The notes under the pieces were generated by a model. It was not told where the DNA came from. It saw only the letters and a list, made by a program, of their open reading frames with translations, and did no database searches. This document shows positions 13,144 to 27,109 of a DNA stretch of 64,000 bases, piece by piece (positions within the stretch are counted from its first letter, which is position 1; the number at the start of each line of letters is the position of its first letter). The translations under genes were made by a program, and so were the position numbers. The DNA lies in NCBI GenBank assembly GCA_038496445.1, contig JALMLS010000452.1, forward strand, positions 1 to 64,000. Reading direction: 5' to 3'. Source of the DNA: Trichosphaerium sp. ATCC 40318. Its lineage: Eukaryota; Protista; Tubulinea.

Positions 13144-13616
13144 ATGTTAAATTTCTTTTATCTACAAATGCCTAATTTTGACGATTACGAAGCATTCAAT
13201 TCTATGACCAAACTTGAGTATATGGATTACGTAGAAAAAGGAGGGGCTAACCTCCCACATTTAACACGAACAAATGAAAGTACGTTTTGCTCTTTTTTTT
13301 GTTTTGCTATTGAGCCAATGATACGAGTTTCTAAGCTTTTTAGGACCGTCTTGTCTCATTAGATTGTATTGTTAAAGCAGGTAAACATATTTACATAAAA
13401 CTATTGAGTGCAAATGGGGATCAGGTACGAGAATAAAGCAAAAACCTTTTTTGTTAATTTTATTTACTTACAAAAACTACTTAGCAAAATATTGATACTG
13501 GATATCTTATATGCCACTGTGTTCATACTGGAGTTCAAGGAAATACAGCAGCTGAAAATCGTTCTGATTATGGTATGAAAATCAGAACTGTCTATCATCA
13601 ATCAGACAAGGCATAG
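13144..13616 (+). CDS. Possible small spliced hypothetical protein
   Basis: Exon-like segments MPNFDDYEAFNSMTKLEYMDYVEKGG, DCIVKAGKHIYIKLLSANGDQ and QNIDTGYLICHCVHTG...DKA* are bounded by gtacg...ag introns. No family recognised. Confidence 0.3.
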
Positions 13617-14080
13617 TTTCTCAGTTTGATCAAACCTAATAAATAAAAATTTTCAACAAATAGAATTTGATGTACACTTTTTTCAAGCCATACCAAGTCA
13701 CACATGATTTTGCTGACTCGAAATTTCACGAACTTGTACTTTTGGTATGTATTGTTGCGTAGCTACGATTACATTGGTTTTTTTTACTCGATAGCAGAAT
13801 ATTTCTCGAGAACTACCTGAAATTAAAATGGGGGCTCAGTTTTTTATCCAGATTTTTATCTCCAATACTTCGCTAACAACATCACGTGATCAAAAAAAAC
13901 CTCAAGGATTTGGATTATTCATACATCGCATAGATAATAAACAACTATCAAGCGCTTTCCATAATTACAAAACGAAGGCATTTTTACTTTGGCGAACAAT
14001 TTTCTTATTAGAATTCTTTTGCGTTAGTTGTCGCTAACCAAGGCAACAAATGAATCTACAACAACAAGTTCAACACATCT

Positions 14081-14662
14081 ATGGTAGAGTATAGAATAGT
14101 AGTCTTTGGTGTTGGCGGTGTTGGTAAATCAGCTTTAACAATAAAGTTTGTTCATAATTTCTTTGTGGGTAGCTACGATGCTACAATAGAGGACGGATAT
14201 AGAAAGATTACAACCATTGATGGAGAAAATGCAGTTATTAATATTCTCGATACTGCCGGTCAAGAAGAGTACTGCGCGCTTAGAGAGACGTATATGTGTT
14301 CATCAGATGGTATATTATTAGTATACGATATTACAAACCAGTCCACGTTTGATGATTTGGAGGAATTTGTGAGGCAAATACAAAAAACAAGAGGGATAGA
14401 AAACTTACCTTGTGTTGTTGTTGGAAACAAGTGTGATTTGTACAAAGATAGGCGTATTGATACATTAGATGGTAAATACTTTGCTACACGTTTTAATATG
14501 CCTTTCTTTGAAGCTTCGGCAAAGAGAAATATTAATGTAGAAAACCCATACTTTGAACTTGTTAGGGAGATAAGAAAAATAAGAAAAAATGCCGATGAAG
14601 AAAATACGAAAAAACCAAGAAAGAAAAAAAGATATGTTAAGCGAAACTGCTCAATAATGTAG
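14081..14662 (+). CDS. ras: Ras-family small GTPase (intronless)
   Basis: G1 GVGGVGKS, effector loop YDATIEDGY, G3 DTAGQEEY, G4 NKCD, G5 EASAK, polybasic tail and CaaX CSIM. Confidence 0.95.
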   Translation: MVEYRIVVFGVGGVGKSALTIKFVHNFFVGSYDATIEDGYRKITTIDGENAVINILDTAGQEEYCALRETYMCSSDGILLVYDITNQSTFDDLEEFVRQIQKTRGIENLPCVVVGNKCDLYKDRRIDTLDGKYFATRFNMPFFEASAKRNINVENPYFELVREIRKIRKNADEENTKKPRKKKRYVKRNCSIM

Positions 14663-15135
14663 ACTAGAAATTCACCAAGAGTTTGTAAATAATGATTCAT
14701 GTATATAAACAGTAGTTACAGAAAGAGGTCTACTACAATATGCGAGTCGCACGAAAAAGCAAACAGCTTCTTGTTGATTCACATCAACACAATAAATAGT
14801 TATATCAAACCTTAGTTATAGTGTAAATATATATGTACACCACACATCACAACAATCACATGAGCTGTTGGTATTCACGAACAAGCAAAACTTAGGTCAA
14901 TAGTTATCTTTCCAGCAGAAACTAGATTGATTTTGCTACAAGTCAAACAACTTTAATGAGACAGACAATGTTATCTTTTCGTACTGTTGCACTAGTCACT
15001 TACAATATAGGTTGTTTATTTCGAAGCCATTAAAAAAAGAAGCTTACACAGAGTTTGTCTTTGAAATAAACAAAGATTAAAGCTTGAATAAATACAACAT
15101 CTCAAGCGTTTTTTTTTTTTTTGGTTTTAGTTTGA

Positions 15136-17807
15136 CTAACAAGAAGTTGCCAACTCTACTGCATTGTCGTTTTGTGATACATTTCCTGATGCCGTTTCAC
15201 CTGACTTTGTATTTTCAGATGTCTTTCTTGTCTTGCTTACAATCTTAACAGACCCACAAGTAATAGTATTAAAAGCCACTCGGCAATACTGCGGGAATTG
15301 GGGCATAACTAATACAAAACTAATTAATACAAACTCCCACCAATGCTACGCGTACAAAAAATGAAGCAAGCCGCAAGCAAGCCTATAGAACAGTTTGCTA
15401 GAGTCCCTATAATTGAAACTGGTCTACTAACACGGAATGGGAATACTAAAGAGATGATATAAGAGCAAGCATGTGAAAGTTACCGTACTATCAGCACAAT
15501 TAGTACCACCTTGGGCTTCGCATATTGCCCAAGTAGCTACTTCTTCATCGCTGACTTTACGCCCTAGTTCAAAGGCTGTATTTTGCGAAGCAGTACCAAG
15601 ACCACCTAACCAAACCTGGAGAGATAAGTCAATATACATGTGCGTAACAAAAACTCAACATACCATGCCAAGATAAATAAGTTGTGTGACTTGAATAGTA
15701 GTGTAAGCGCTCACACGTTTACGGCTCGAATGTTTTAACAAGTGCTTAGCCTAGGGTTGATAAGATAACAAAATACCACTTCAAAACACGTGATTTCAAC
15801 TTACCCTTCTTAGTTTCAAAACAAGTAAAATAATATTCACTGTTTGAACTACAATAGGAAGGATCACTAGAATGGAGGTTGAGCAAAGGATACCAAATGC
15901 TGGTTAACGTACTTGGTAGTTGGAGGAAAAGAACATACAGTGTTGTAACTGCCCACTCCGGATAGTCACTTGGTTGAAAGTATACTATTAAAACACACTT
16001 TAGATGTTGGTTGTTGATGTATTGACAGGCTTACCGTGACATCCACGTACACATCCTGGCATGTTTGCGAAGTATCCGTTTATTATCCACGTAAGAGCTA
16101 CTATTGTAGGATACAACGCAGCAACAATGAAGCTTGTAATCCTATTATGGAATGTTAAAAAGTGGAAACAAGTTGCTTTTTTCTCATAGTTGAAACAACG
16201 TACATGTGCCAAAGCCTCCATTTAAAATCCAAGTTATATATTGATACTGTAATAATTGTACCATAAACTGCCCAAAAGTGCAAGCATAGGTAGTAAGGGA
16301 TGTACATTAGGAAAGCTTCGAAATAAAATGTAAACACAGCAATCAACAAAGTTGAAAGAACTATACCTGTTACTGCACATGGACGTGCACCAGCTGCATG
16401 TCGTGGTCGTTGTAGCCTAAAATACCCACGTTCGTGGCATTGGTGAAAATCAAAACCAGCAATGAAGTAGCCAAAAGAAGCAACAACTGCCATCCTGTTG
16501 TTCGTTTTAGAATATAAAGTGGAAAGTAAAAACGTCTTTAGAACCGCACCAGCAAGACACAAGAAGCAGATTAGCTGGGAAACGTGTTCTATAGTGTGTG
16601 AATGATAGTATTGTGCACGCAATAAACCCTAGAATTGCACTGATGGGAGCAAGAGTTAAATGAACCTGTTTTTTAGTTAGATTGATACTCTTGTAAAAGA
16701 AACGTTGTAGGGAATTGACTGCGTACCCATTTCTCGAAACCACATTTTAAATTTGACCAAGGACATGCAAGTCTGCAAATATTTGAGTCTGGATCCCATA
16801 TTGTTGGGTGTGTACAATCACGTGTACCAAAAGAAACAGTTTGGGAATTACAATCAGAGTTATTATTAAAAATAGGCAGTGTTAGAGCTATAACGCATAT
16901 TAGTCCGTTTATTATGCAATGAAAAATATCAGTGTTTTCAGAAATATAAGGTTACACGAAAGAGAGCAAGGAAAAAATTGTAGAGAAGGTAAAAATAATT
17001 AAAAGTTTTCGACTTTTACGCTCTGTAAGGAGTAAAGAGTTCTATAACAATCCAGAATTATTGTATAATTATTATTATACAATAATCTAAGCGTAAACTA
17101 GTAGAACTTTGTAAATGTGTAAGTTCTCAATAACGAAATCTTTATCAACATAAAACAATAAAAAAAAAGGTTCAGTGAATTGAACTTTTGAGTTCGCATC
17201 GTTTTAGTTTACGCGTGGCGTACTTGTAGCTCCAATACTTAAGTTTTCTGTTTCACTACAATTAGGCGCTAACTCGGGAAATATTTGGAATGCAAGTGCA
17301 CATTCCGTGAGTACTCTTTCGCATGTTGCAGTACACGCACTAGCTGGGAAAACTCTAGTAGTACCAGGGCTACAATCGCCAATCCTGTTTGTTATCAAAA
17401 ATCAAAATAAAAAGATGCTAACGTTACCTAAAGAGCCTTTTACACGTCATTTCCTTTATAGCTAAAGCGCAACTATACATTTTAAAGCGTAAGAACAGTA
17501 TTTAGTTTGATTGCAGTTTTATGTACCTCTGACTGACGTATGTCGAATAAATAGGTATTAACTTGGCGCTTTCAGCGTATAAGGCCTCTAACTGAGTAGC
17601 AGAAAGAAATGTATCTTCTATTGACCCAAACGATGTATTTGTGTTCGGTACTAATGTACTCCTATTGTAGTAGTTGCAAATATGATCTTGTGGGAAATCA
17701 TTGCACTGGTAGAAAGATTGACACTCTACTGCGGCTATAAAGCATAAAATAGCCATAAGCGTGCGTACACCCATACAAAAGGTACTCCTTGAGGGCGTAC
17801 GCGTCAT
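15136..17807 (-). CDS. Frizzled/Smoothened-like 7TM receptor with N-terminal cysteine-rich domain (spliced)
   Basis: Signal peptide, CRD-like SACTATCERVLTECALAFQIFPELAPNC, several hydrophobic helices (TLAPISAILGFIACTILSF, GIVLSTLLIAVFTFYF, FIVAALYPTIVALTWII). Stop at 15136-15138. Architecture resembles the Dictyostelium Fsl family. Confidence 0.75.
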
Positions 17808-18577
17808 CGTAGAGTTGTGAAGAGAAAGTATTTCCTTTTTCGTAGGAGTTTCCTAAAAATGATCTCGATTCAGTATATTAATTCGTATCTCGTATAAACT
17901 TGAATGATGTAAAGATGCCCGGATTTATTCTATCTCAATTATACTGAGATTCCGTAGGCATCTCATACTAAATAAAATAGTATGAAATCTCCCGACTAAA
18001 TACTTGTAATAACTGTAAGTAATACTAAACATAATTTAATAACTAAACTCGGGTTACACCTTCTCTCCAATCACTGACTAAGTACGTCGTGATATTATAC
18101 ATATACTAACTAGGTAGTAAAAGTACGTGACGGACGCTTTTACAATGATCTATCATTTTATCTCCGTACTTCATACTATGTAAGGATGTGATCGCCAAAA
18201 GTGCGAAATTTCTGAAAAAGCGTCGATACCTAGTTGCGCTCATAATTGACTTTCCAAGTTTTACCTTGTACATATCTGTTCGACTTACTTCAGTCAGAGG
18301 TAGTAGGGAGCATGACTTGTGGCATTACAAACAGTGTTAAATTTCAACGTTCAATTAAAAAACTCAGCACCTTACTACGAAAGGTACCCGAAGGGGCAAG
18401 TAGTTATTCGTGAGCATTCAATTTGTGTCAATACAAGTTTGATAAGTCTATGCGTACATTTAAGTCTTTTATCAAACGCAATAAGCATGACGTTTCTTAA
18501 AATAGTAAGTCACCACTTCAAGTAGTAAATGGCTTAAAAACAAACGCAAAGCACTTTTAGAAGCGTGAGGTACTCTC

Positions 18578-19949
18578 ATGTCTTCATCGGAGTACGTATT
18601 ACACGTGTGCATTATTTACACTCTTTTATCCGTTTCTTGCGCTCAAATAACTATCACATACCCTGATGAGGTATCTGGAGAATATACAGCAGTTATAATG
18701 CTATTTGGAACTAATTTAGACTTCCAACCTTTCACCACGTACAACACAACAGCTGTTCTCGGAACAGTTTCAGATAAAAACGGCTCAATTGTAATTGCTA
18801 CTCAGAATTCTCGACATCATTACATCGAATGGCTTGATCAAGGTGCTCTGGGTATTATAGAGGCTAATGGCCGATCCACACCTTCGTATGCGTCTTTTTT
18901 TCAAGAAAGAGGTGATCCAAGAGTAGCAATAAAAGTTGTTGTATCGTCATCAGATTGGATTGATAAATGTTTTGAAAATGGGATTACGAACTTGACACTT
19001 TCTATAAAGAGTCAAGAAAACTGTTACAGGAAGTTCCATAAGTCTGTTTGGCCATATATTATATTCATTATTCACTTTGGTATTCACATGGCAACATTGA
19101 GTTATTTTATTTGGAAGCTCTATTTTGTTGTAAAATTCGGTCTCTGCAAGTTTCAAATTACTGCCATTACTATTACTCTAGAGACTATAGCTTGTGTATT
19201 GCGTATACCTCCATTACTAGGCTTTACAATACTTCCAATGTCTGTACCTTATTCTATATTAGCTTCATCTGTTTCTCTAAGCTTTGTCTTTTCTTCAATC
19301 ACAAATTTATTAATTATACTTTATTGGCATGAGATACTCTTAAATACGTCAGTACAGATAAATCTGTTCTTATCAAAGTTAAAGGTACCTTTCTATATAA
19401 TCTGTCCATTACGTACGTCTTTTTTGGTCACGTGCTCAATTCAACATGTCGCTCACTTTTGGCTTTCTAGTGCTTATATTTGAACTCGTTAATAGCGCCA
19501 CTGTCTTGATAAAACCAGAATCTATTGCAATCATATCATTTATAAAGAACGGTGTATACTCCCTCGTAACTATCACTCTATTTATATATTGTTTGAGTGT
19601 TAGTATGCAGATTTTAAGAATTACTCGTACGTTTCAAGATAAGAAAGTATCAAGAAATGTAAGCATACGTATGCTACAGAATATGGGTGCTATTACTTTG
19701 ATCTTTGTTTTCAGTATTATGCTTATATTCCGTGTACAATATCTCTTCCCTTCTGCTAATTCATTGATGTGGGGTTGTATATACGCATCAACTAACCTTC
19801 TTGGTATCATTACAGTCTTGAGTTTGAAAGTTAAAAATCCACTAAGCCATTCATCCGTAAGATCAAATGCTTCATCATCAAGAAAGCCTACAACATTACA
19901 TAGTTTTTCTTTGGAAAATAAAGAAAAAGAAATGGCTATCATGCCATAA
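18578..19949 (+). CDS. Signal peptide + extracellular domain + ~7 TM membrane protein (GPCR-like)
   Basis: ORFs 18578-19483 and 19446-19949 join through a gtacgt...ctag intron (~19412-19470). Multiple hydrophobic helices and a Ser-rich cytoplasmic tail. Confidence 0.7.
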
Positions 19950-20502
19950 AGCACGATCTAGAAATACGATAAACAATTTAGAATAAACACCTATATAAAT
20001 TATCCTTTAATTCCTGCTTTAATAGCTTCTATACTGTTTAAGTGAACTACACTATCAGCAACTGGTTTCTATGCAACAAGTGTAAAACCACTTCTGTATT
20101 TTTGGATTGATCGTTGCACATGGCCACGCTCCTTGTCAGTTGCAGTATCTGTTGGTCAACAAATCCTTGGGAATTTTGGGTTTTATGTAACTTGATTCAT
20201 GTGTTCATTACTTTTTTATTTTTAAGTGCGCACTATGAGCAGCAAGAGTCTACAGGCTCTATGAAGAATAGAGCTATACAGAAGTGGTACGAGCAAACAA
20301 ACAGTGAGAAATCAGGTTTATTTGAACTTCGACTTAACTAAAAAAGAGTTCCTTGAATTGAACATATGTTACTACAACAAAGTTGTTATTGAACTTGTTG
20401 CGAAGGTTGTTGATAAACGTATTAGATATTATTATTTTTACAGAAAATACTTGGTTATATATCACAACTCTTGTCATTTGTTATTGCTATAAACATACAA
20501 GA

Positions 20503-22501
20503 TTAATTCAAAATTTGATCTGCAATTTCGCCAAAAGACGCATACTGTAAGAATGGGGTCATTGAAGAAAGTATCTCTGTTTCAAAAGCTCTATGTCGTA
20601 TTCTGCTTCCATTTTTCTTAGCATACTATTGGAAAAAGTTATTAATTACGAAGAGACCAGAACAAGAAGCAAAAAAAAAAAAAAAAAAAAAAAGAAAAAC
20701 CCCATCATAACGTACGCTAAATACACGACCAACAAATGGGTAGGGAATACATAAAGGTTCTATAAAAGATGACACTACTTTAGCACTACGTTTTTGTCCA
20801 CCATGGTATAATATAGCCCATATATCAGTTGCACAAAATCCAATTGAAGGAAAAAATCCTTTAGCATTTAAAAAAAAAGGAATAATACTCTTTCCCTTTT
20901 CAGCAACTTTTAGAGCTTCTTCTGTGTGATTTAACATTCCCAATACACGTGCACATACCGCATAAGAGACGAATTGTGAAACAGGAGATTCTGGCATACC
21001 ATCAACAAGACATTGAATCTCGTTGATGTACTCTAAACATTTATCCTCATGTACTTCGTCTTTCGTTTGTATCCACATTGAAACCTAAACAAAAATCATA
21101 AGAGATCAACACCATCATAAAAAAGTCACCACATTGGCAACGTACTTCTGTATCCAGTAGAGCCTCATAAACCTTTTTGAGTAAATGTAAATTAACTCCA
21201 TAATCTATATCTCTTCGTAAAACAACCAATCGAGCTTGAAGCTGTTGCCTAGCAAAAAGACGATCTAACATAAACTGCTCTGTTGGTTTCGTGTGTTTAT
21301 GTAAAGTCACTCGTAATCTTAGAACGTTTATACCCTCTGGTAAACCACCTGTACGCGTACGACCTTACAAGACAAGTGAGAAACAAAATAAAAAATCAAA
21401 GACTTTTTTGGTTGTACCATATTTACATTTATCAGCTGCGCCCTTAAGCTGTAACATATCATCAGCCAGTTCCACTAAATCCAATCCTTGAAGAGATTCA
21501 CATGCTCCAATTAAATAAGATGCCAGAATAACGAGACCAGCTATGTACACGTGAGATGAGAATCCAAGGACAAAAAAAATGATAAAGTAATTACCTGCTG
21601 TCATTAAAGATGGTTTTTTCATTACTTTCTGCATTAACTGAGCGTGAGTCGCAAGATCCTTTGCGCGTTTTGTATTACCACAATAATGTTGTTGCAAAGC
21701 AAGCATTGTATAAACAAGGAAAGTAGATGGAGTACCTTACAAAATGAGACCAAAACGCCGAAGAAAAAGAAATGCACATGAAAAAAAAAAACAAAACACT
21801 CACTCTCGTTCCTATGGAACTCTTCAAGATTAACAGGCATATGCAATATAGGTAGCTCAGATCCAACAAACCCTTTAAAAGCATTTATACACATAACAAC
21901 TTCACTAGCACGTCCGAGATACGAGTCAACGGTCGCTAAAACGCTCTAAGCTTAGTGTTACCTCTTTTTCTTTTTTTTTTGAATGGAAAATTTGAAAGAA
22001 AAAAATGACACGTGCGTTACTTTCTAGACAATCAGCTCTTCTTTTATGCCTCGATGAAGACGAATCAGACCCTGATTTTGATATGGCTTTGTAATAACCT
22101 AATTGTCTCTTGAAGTTACTCTGTCGGCGCTTTTCATCTTTGAGACTACGCTCTAGGAAATCAATCTGGTTCTCTAAAACCGTACGTGTTGTACCTGTTA
22201 AACAAAAAAAAATTAACTAATTACGTCTCTACACAACGTTTAAAACACCTCTACAATTAATAGTAACGTTTTTAATCGGATTTAGCAACACTCCTATCGT
22301 TTTAAAGTAGTTTTTTAAAACTCTTACCCTTACGCCTTCCCCTACGTTGTGGCTCAGCGTAGACGCATGTAGTATTGGATTTGACACACCCAGCTATTAC
22401 TGTTAGTTAACAAAAGATTACAATAGTACAATACCACAAGGGCTTTCATTATTGCATTTTAAATGCCTTTTTCGACACGCAAGACAAGATGCTTTACGCA
22501 T
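20503..22501 (-). CDS. Zn(II)2Cys6 (Gal4-type) transcription factor (spliced)
   Basis: MRKASCLACRKRHLKCNNESPC|GCVKSNTTCVYAEPQRRGRRK, then coiled coil VLENQIDFLERSL and a helical C-terminal region. Confidence 0.85.
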
Positions 22502-22867
22502 GTATCACGAAATTCAAAGGGGAGCAATAATTTGGCCGATGGCCCACTTTATTTCACGCTAGAAAAGAGTTGACGATTGCAGGGCACAAGGTGTAGAAAA
22601 TGAAAAATAATGAATTCTGACGCCCGACCAGAAAGAGTACCAACTCGAGTTTGTTCTATCCTGGTTATTGGTTGCAAAAAACTCTACAACATGTGCCGTA
22701 TTTGTACATTATCTCGTTTTAGTCAATAGCTGGTATCTGCTGAAGTGAGAGACAAAATATAGCTGCACATTAATATAAACGCGACAAATAAACTGAAAAA
22801 CTGTAAGCTCTCAGAGAGGCTACTTAATTCTTTTTTTATGGTTTTTACACTTTTTTTGTTTTTGTAT

Positions 22868-23882
22868 CTACATTTCTTTTGCTTCTTTTTTCATTTCTGT
22901 ATTTTCTTTTGCCTTGTTAGCTATTTTATCAATATCAAGGGACGAGGTAGATCCTGTTTTTTGCTTCTTGCGCGCTTGTATATCACGCTGAATCTCTCTA
23001 ATTGTACGCTTGTCACGACCTGATGCTTTGCACTCTACAAGACCACCCATCGCTTGTTCTAGCTCGAATTGAGACTTCATTGACCTTGGTCTCTTTTTTC
23101 TTGGTTTGTCAACAACTGTTTCTTCTGTTTTCGTCTACAATCAATATTAACACAATAAACAAAACGTAGTAATTGAGTACAGGCAAAAGAAAGCGATTTG
23201 AAATGAACTGAAATAGCCATAAACTCAAAGTCTTCTTATTGCTTTAAAGCAATAATATGGTAAAGACATACTGCTATTAATACGTACTGGGGCGGTTGTG
23301 ATTGTTTCATGCTTTTGTAGGGAGTAAGGGATACGCTTTGCGGGATTATATTTCTCCTTTAGACGCGTTAATTCCTCATCAGAAGGAGCGTGGTTGGGTT
23401 TATAGATATACAGAAATTTATCGATCTCATCTCTACCAAAAGAATGCGCAACGCAACCGTGTTCCTCAGCAATATCATATCTACAAAGAATATGAGAATA
23501 GACGTTGTTAACGATAGATTTTTTATACAAGGTCAAAAACCTACTGAAGAGCGCGCGTCCATTACTGTGGCATTCACGCATAATATTGATGAGTTGTTAA
23601 CGTACATTATTAGTCGTTCCCACTTGAAAGCCGCAGGATAACGCAAGCGGTTATGTTCTGTTTGTGTGACGAATTTTGTAACGTGCTCCTCGACTTTCTC
23701 CCTAAGGGTTTCTACTTTCTTATCAAACTTTGCCTTCTCCTCCTTCTCCTTTTTAATGCGCGCTAGGCAATATGACTACCAATTGGCGAAAGGTTTTGTG
23801 ACTATTAACCTTTTTCCTGCTCAGACAGCTTTGGCTGTGATTTAGCATTCTCAGTGATTTTGTTCAGTAGAGAGTTGAGCAT
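22868..23882 (-). CDS. SPAG7: SPAG7-like R3H-domain protein (spliced)
   Basis: R3H-like ERLIM|YDIAEEHGCVAHSFGRDE..YIYKPNHAPSDEEL and C-terminal GLVECKASGRDKRTIREIQRDIQARKK, both characteristic of SPAG7. Confidence 0.8.
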
Positions 23883-23994
23883 TGCGCCTAGTTTGAGCGG
23901 AATAAACAATTGACAGGCATTTTTAGTGTCTTTTTTCAAAAAGTCCATCAAAGTAGTAGTTACAGTCAGAGGATCGCGAAATGTACAAGGTGTG

Positions 23995-26900
23995 ATGTCA
24001 GTGGTACGTACTATTTATGGCGGTGCCAATCTTTACCAACTGTAACTGTTACAACAGAAATCGCTCAGGGCTAGGTTAAATAAACTATACGACGCGAAGA
24101 TACCTAGTATTGTCGCTGAAAAGCATGCCGTTGAGTTATTATTGCGTTTAATAAGCCAGAATCGCATAAACCTCTACTACACCTTAGACGGAAAGGAGTA
24201 CATCACAGAGGAACATTTAAAGAAGGAAATATACACAGAAGTATTACTTCGCGATGGTACTCCATTGACGATACACCAAAGCGCCTACAAATACACCATA
24301 TAGGTCGTTTAGCCACACCAGAACTCGCTGACATTCTAAATATTCCCCAAACGTCTCTTGAAGGTCTGGTTGCATCAATCGTAAGCGAAGATGAAGAATT
24401 TTACTTTATTAATCATGAGTGCATAACAGAGTACGTAGTGCGTCTAACCAAACCGTTTTTTTTCAAAAGGGAAACCTACCACGTGATTCACAAAACAACA
24501 TTTTTGTCTCGCTTTTTTTTTTGACTTTCGTTTGATTTCTCAATATGTGATAGGGCTTATCTATCTGGTATTTGTCTTGAAGTATATGAAGCACTACAGA
24601 GTGTTCAGTGCTTAACAATAAGCTCTTTGGCTCAAAAATATGTCTTAAATTTTGATTTTTTGAGTAAAGTATTCAGAAGAAAGATTACTGCCGGTGAACT
24701 CGACGCAAAGCTTTTAAATGATGTACTTTACACTGACGCTTATGTCAGTGCTCAAAAGGGTCTACTAAGAGGTATTTTAGCTGGTATAACTAGGTACAGT
24801 AACAGTCAAAACGAAATTTCTTATTCGGTTTTTCGACCTTTTTTGATGCGATGAAACTCATTCTTTTGCAGGCCTACAACAATAACATCACTTTCACAAC
24901 AACATGAAGGCCTTGAATTACAGTTGATACATTGTACGTTTTATTTTTGAATTTCCACATGAAGTTTGATTGACTTTTTTTTGTTACCAGCAAACTTGAA
25001 AGCTCTGGAGGAAGAAGGTTGGATATTTGGAGAACTTGCTAGCTCGTACAATCTATATATTCCTTCAGTATGGCCTGAAGCACAAAGAGCTTGGGTAGCG
25101 AATGTGTACAGCGCTAATAATTATATTGGTAAGAAAACTAATGGATATACAAAAAAAAAAAAAAGCGTTAATTTTTTCAAAATGTTAGCAGAAAACTGAC
25201 ACTTTGTAGATTACCAAATGCTCGAAAAAATAGGAATATCAAGCCTGAGAGTTGGATGAAGAAGGAATATCCGAAAGGAATTCCACTTAATAACCTTTAC
25301 GCTCATCCAAACCTTCTAATTGCGGTTGATGGCGAAATTCAAGCGATTGTTGAAGGAAAGTCATATGGTTGTTTAATGGTTCGTCTAGTTGTTTTTATTT
25401 TCGTCATCACTACTGAAAAACGTATTCTTCCTACAAAGGAAGAAATTCCTTGCAAGGAGAACTTAGTGTCATTTTTTCGAAGTTTTTTTGCAATTGCTAA
25501 CAATGTTTGTTTTCTAGAACCACATGCCAGTTAACTGTGAGGAGGATGATGTATCTAGATTATTAAGATATAGTCAAGTTATATCTGAAGAGAAAGGGAA
25601 AAGCCTAGAGGTTTTTGATGATGTGTATATTGTTTCTAAAGGGTTCATGGAGAAGCTTAAGGGTCAGATATTCCAACTCGCTTACGGTGAAGCGAAAAAA
25701 ACTTTGTTTCAAGCGAATGCAAAAACCGTAAGTGTGTCATTTTAACTGCGTCAAATCATGTATGTACTAATAGATAATACATAGAAGAAATCATCTGGTG
25801 GGTCTAATGAGCGTGGGGTGTATAAAGAGGCGATAATATCTTTTTTAAATGAAAAATATGAAGAGATGGATACACGTTTGATGGATCCTCTAGCGATGAT
25901 GTATATAGATTACTACGCTAAGAGTATTATGGAAGAGAGATCAAAGATACTTTTAGGAAATCAAAGCGAAGGAGAGACTCTTAAAAAGCTACAAAAGAGA
26001 ATAGATGGCATTTACATAAACTATCAAATGTTCGAAAAAGCATTGACAACAATAACAGACGGTAAGCCGTATTATACTTTCTCCTTCAGCTTCTTTTATG
26101 TTTCTATTTTATATATCTATATTACGGGATTTAAAACAGTATAGTTAAAAGCTTGTTGCTAGCGTGAAGGTGTTTTTTTTGATGTTTTTCTGAAGCGTAT
26201 AAAACTTTTTTCGATTTTATTTTAGTTTGAACCTAAAAACTGATACACTTTTGGTTTAGATGAAGACAGAGCAAGTTTATCAATGTATTTACTATCAACA
26301 TTATGTAAAGATCTTACATTGACCGTTGTCACTATGCAAGCTGTATTCCATCGTGTACCTGATCCGAACGGTGCTACAGACGTTCATAAAGCGAAAAAGT
26401 TGGTAGAGAACATTCCAGTTGTTGTTGAAAAGGAAGGATTATTAACACTTCTACAAGCACTCAAGTGGGTACGTATTGACTTTGTTTATTCGTTGAGGAT
26501 ACCATAAACTTGAGTGTGCTAAGAATGGCTAGAATCTAAATGATTGGTTCAGTCAACTAGAGGCTGTAGCGAAGCTAACTAAACTATTTTTGAAAAAGAT
26601 CGACAAAAAAACTATGAAGTAAGCAAGAAAACAAGACATTTTTATCAGTTTTTTTATTTTTTTTTTGACTTTGTTTCTTGAAATACTCCCTTGCTTTAGT
26701 CTTATTTTTAATTTAATTTAGGGCTTTACTATCTATAAAGTCTAAACAGACTATAGCGCAGCTTAAAACTGAAAATGTTGGAGAGAGGGTTGTACTTCTC
26801 GTTTTGAGTTACCTCCATAGTAAACACTTAAAAGTTGTACCATATGCGCCTCCTGGTGCCAACGAAATACTCCTCAAAGCGGTCAGCGAGAAGCTGACGG

Positions 26901-26995
26901 ACGGAGAAATACAATTACTAAAAAAAGCTATTGAAGATCCTACACCTGATCTTATAGGAGAGGTGAAGAAACTTGTAAAAAAGCAAACTAAATAA
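23995..26995 (+). CDS. UFL1: E3 UFM1-protein ligase 1 (spliced)
   Basis: IVAEKHAVELLLRLISQNRINLYYTLDGKEYITEEHLKKEI..GRL matches the UFL1 N-terminus. Also YTDAYVSAQKGLLRGILAGITRP and YIPSVWPEAQRAWV. Confidence 0.85.
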
Positions 26996-27109
26996 ATTAA
27001 AAAAAAACATTAAACTACAAAAAAAAAAAAAAAAAAAGAAGCAATGACGACGAATTGTCTTTGCATCTCAACAGCGTCTGCGAATTCATACTTCTATATA
27101 TTTTATTTT

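Noticed and set aside
14260-14700. Antisense ORFs over real genes (also 19634-19954, 37734-38145, 52175-52384, 54104-54313 and others)
   Set aside because: They are shadows of coding exons on the opposite strand with no independent motifs.
17057-17086. 13-bp AT-rich hairpin ATTATTGTATAAT/ATTATACAATAAT in an intron
   Set aside because: Low complexity and single copy, so plausible by chance.
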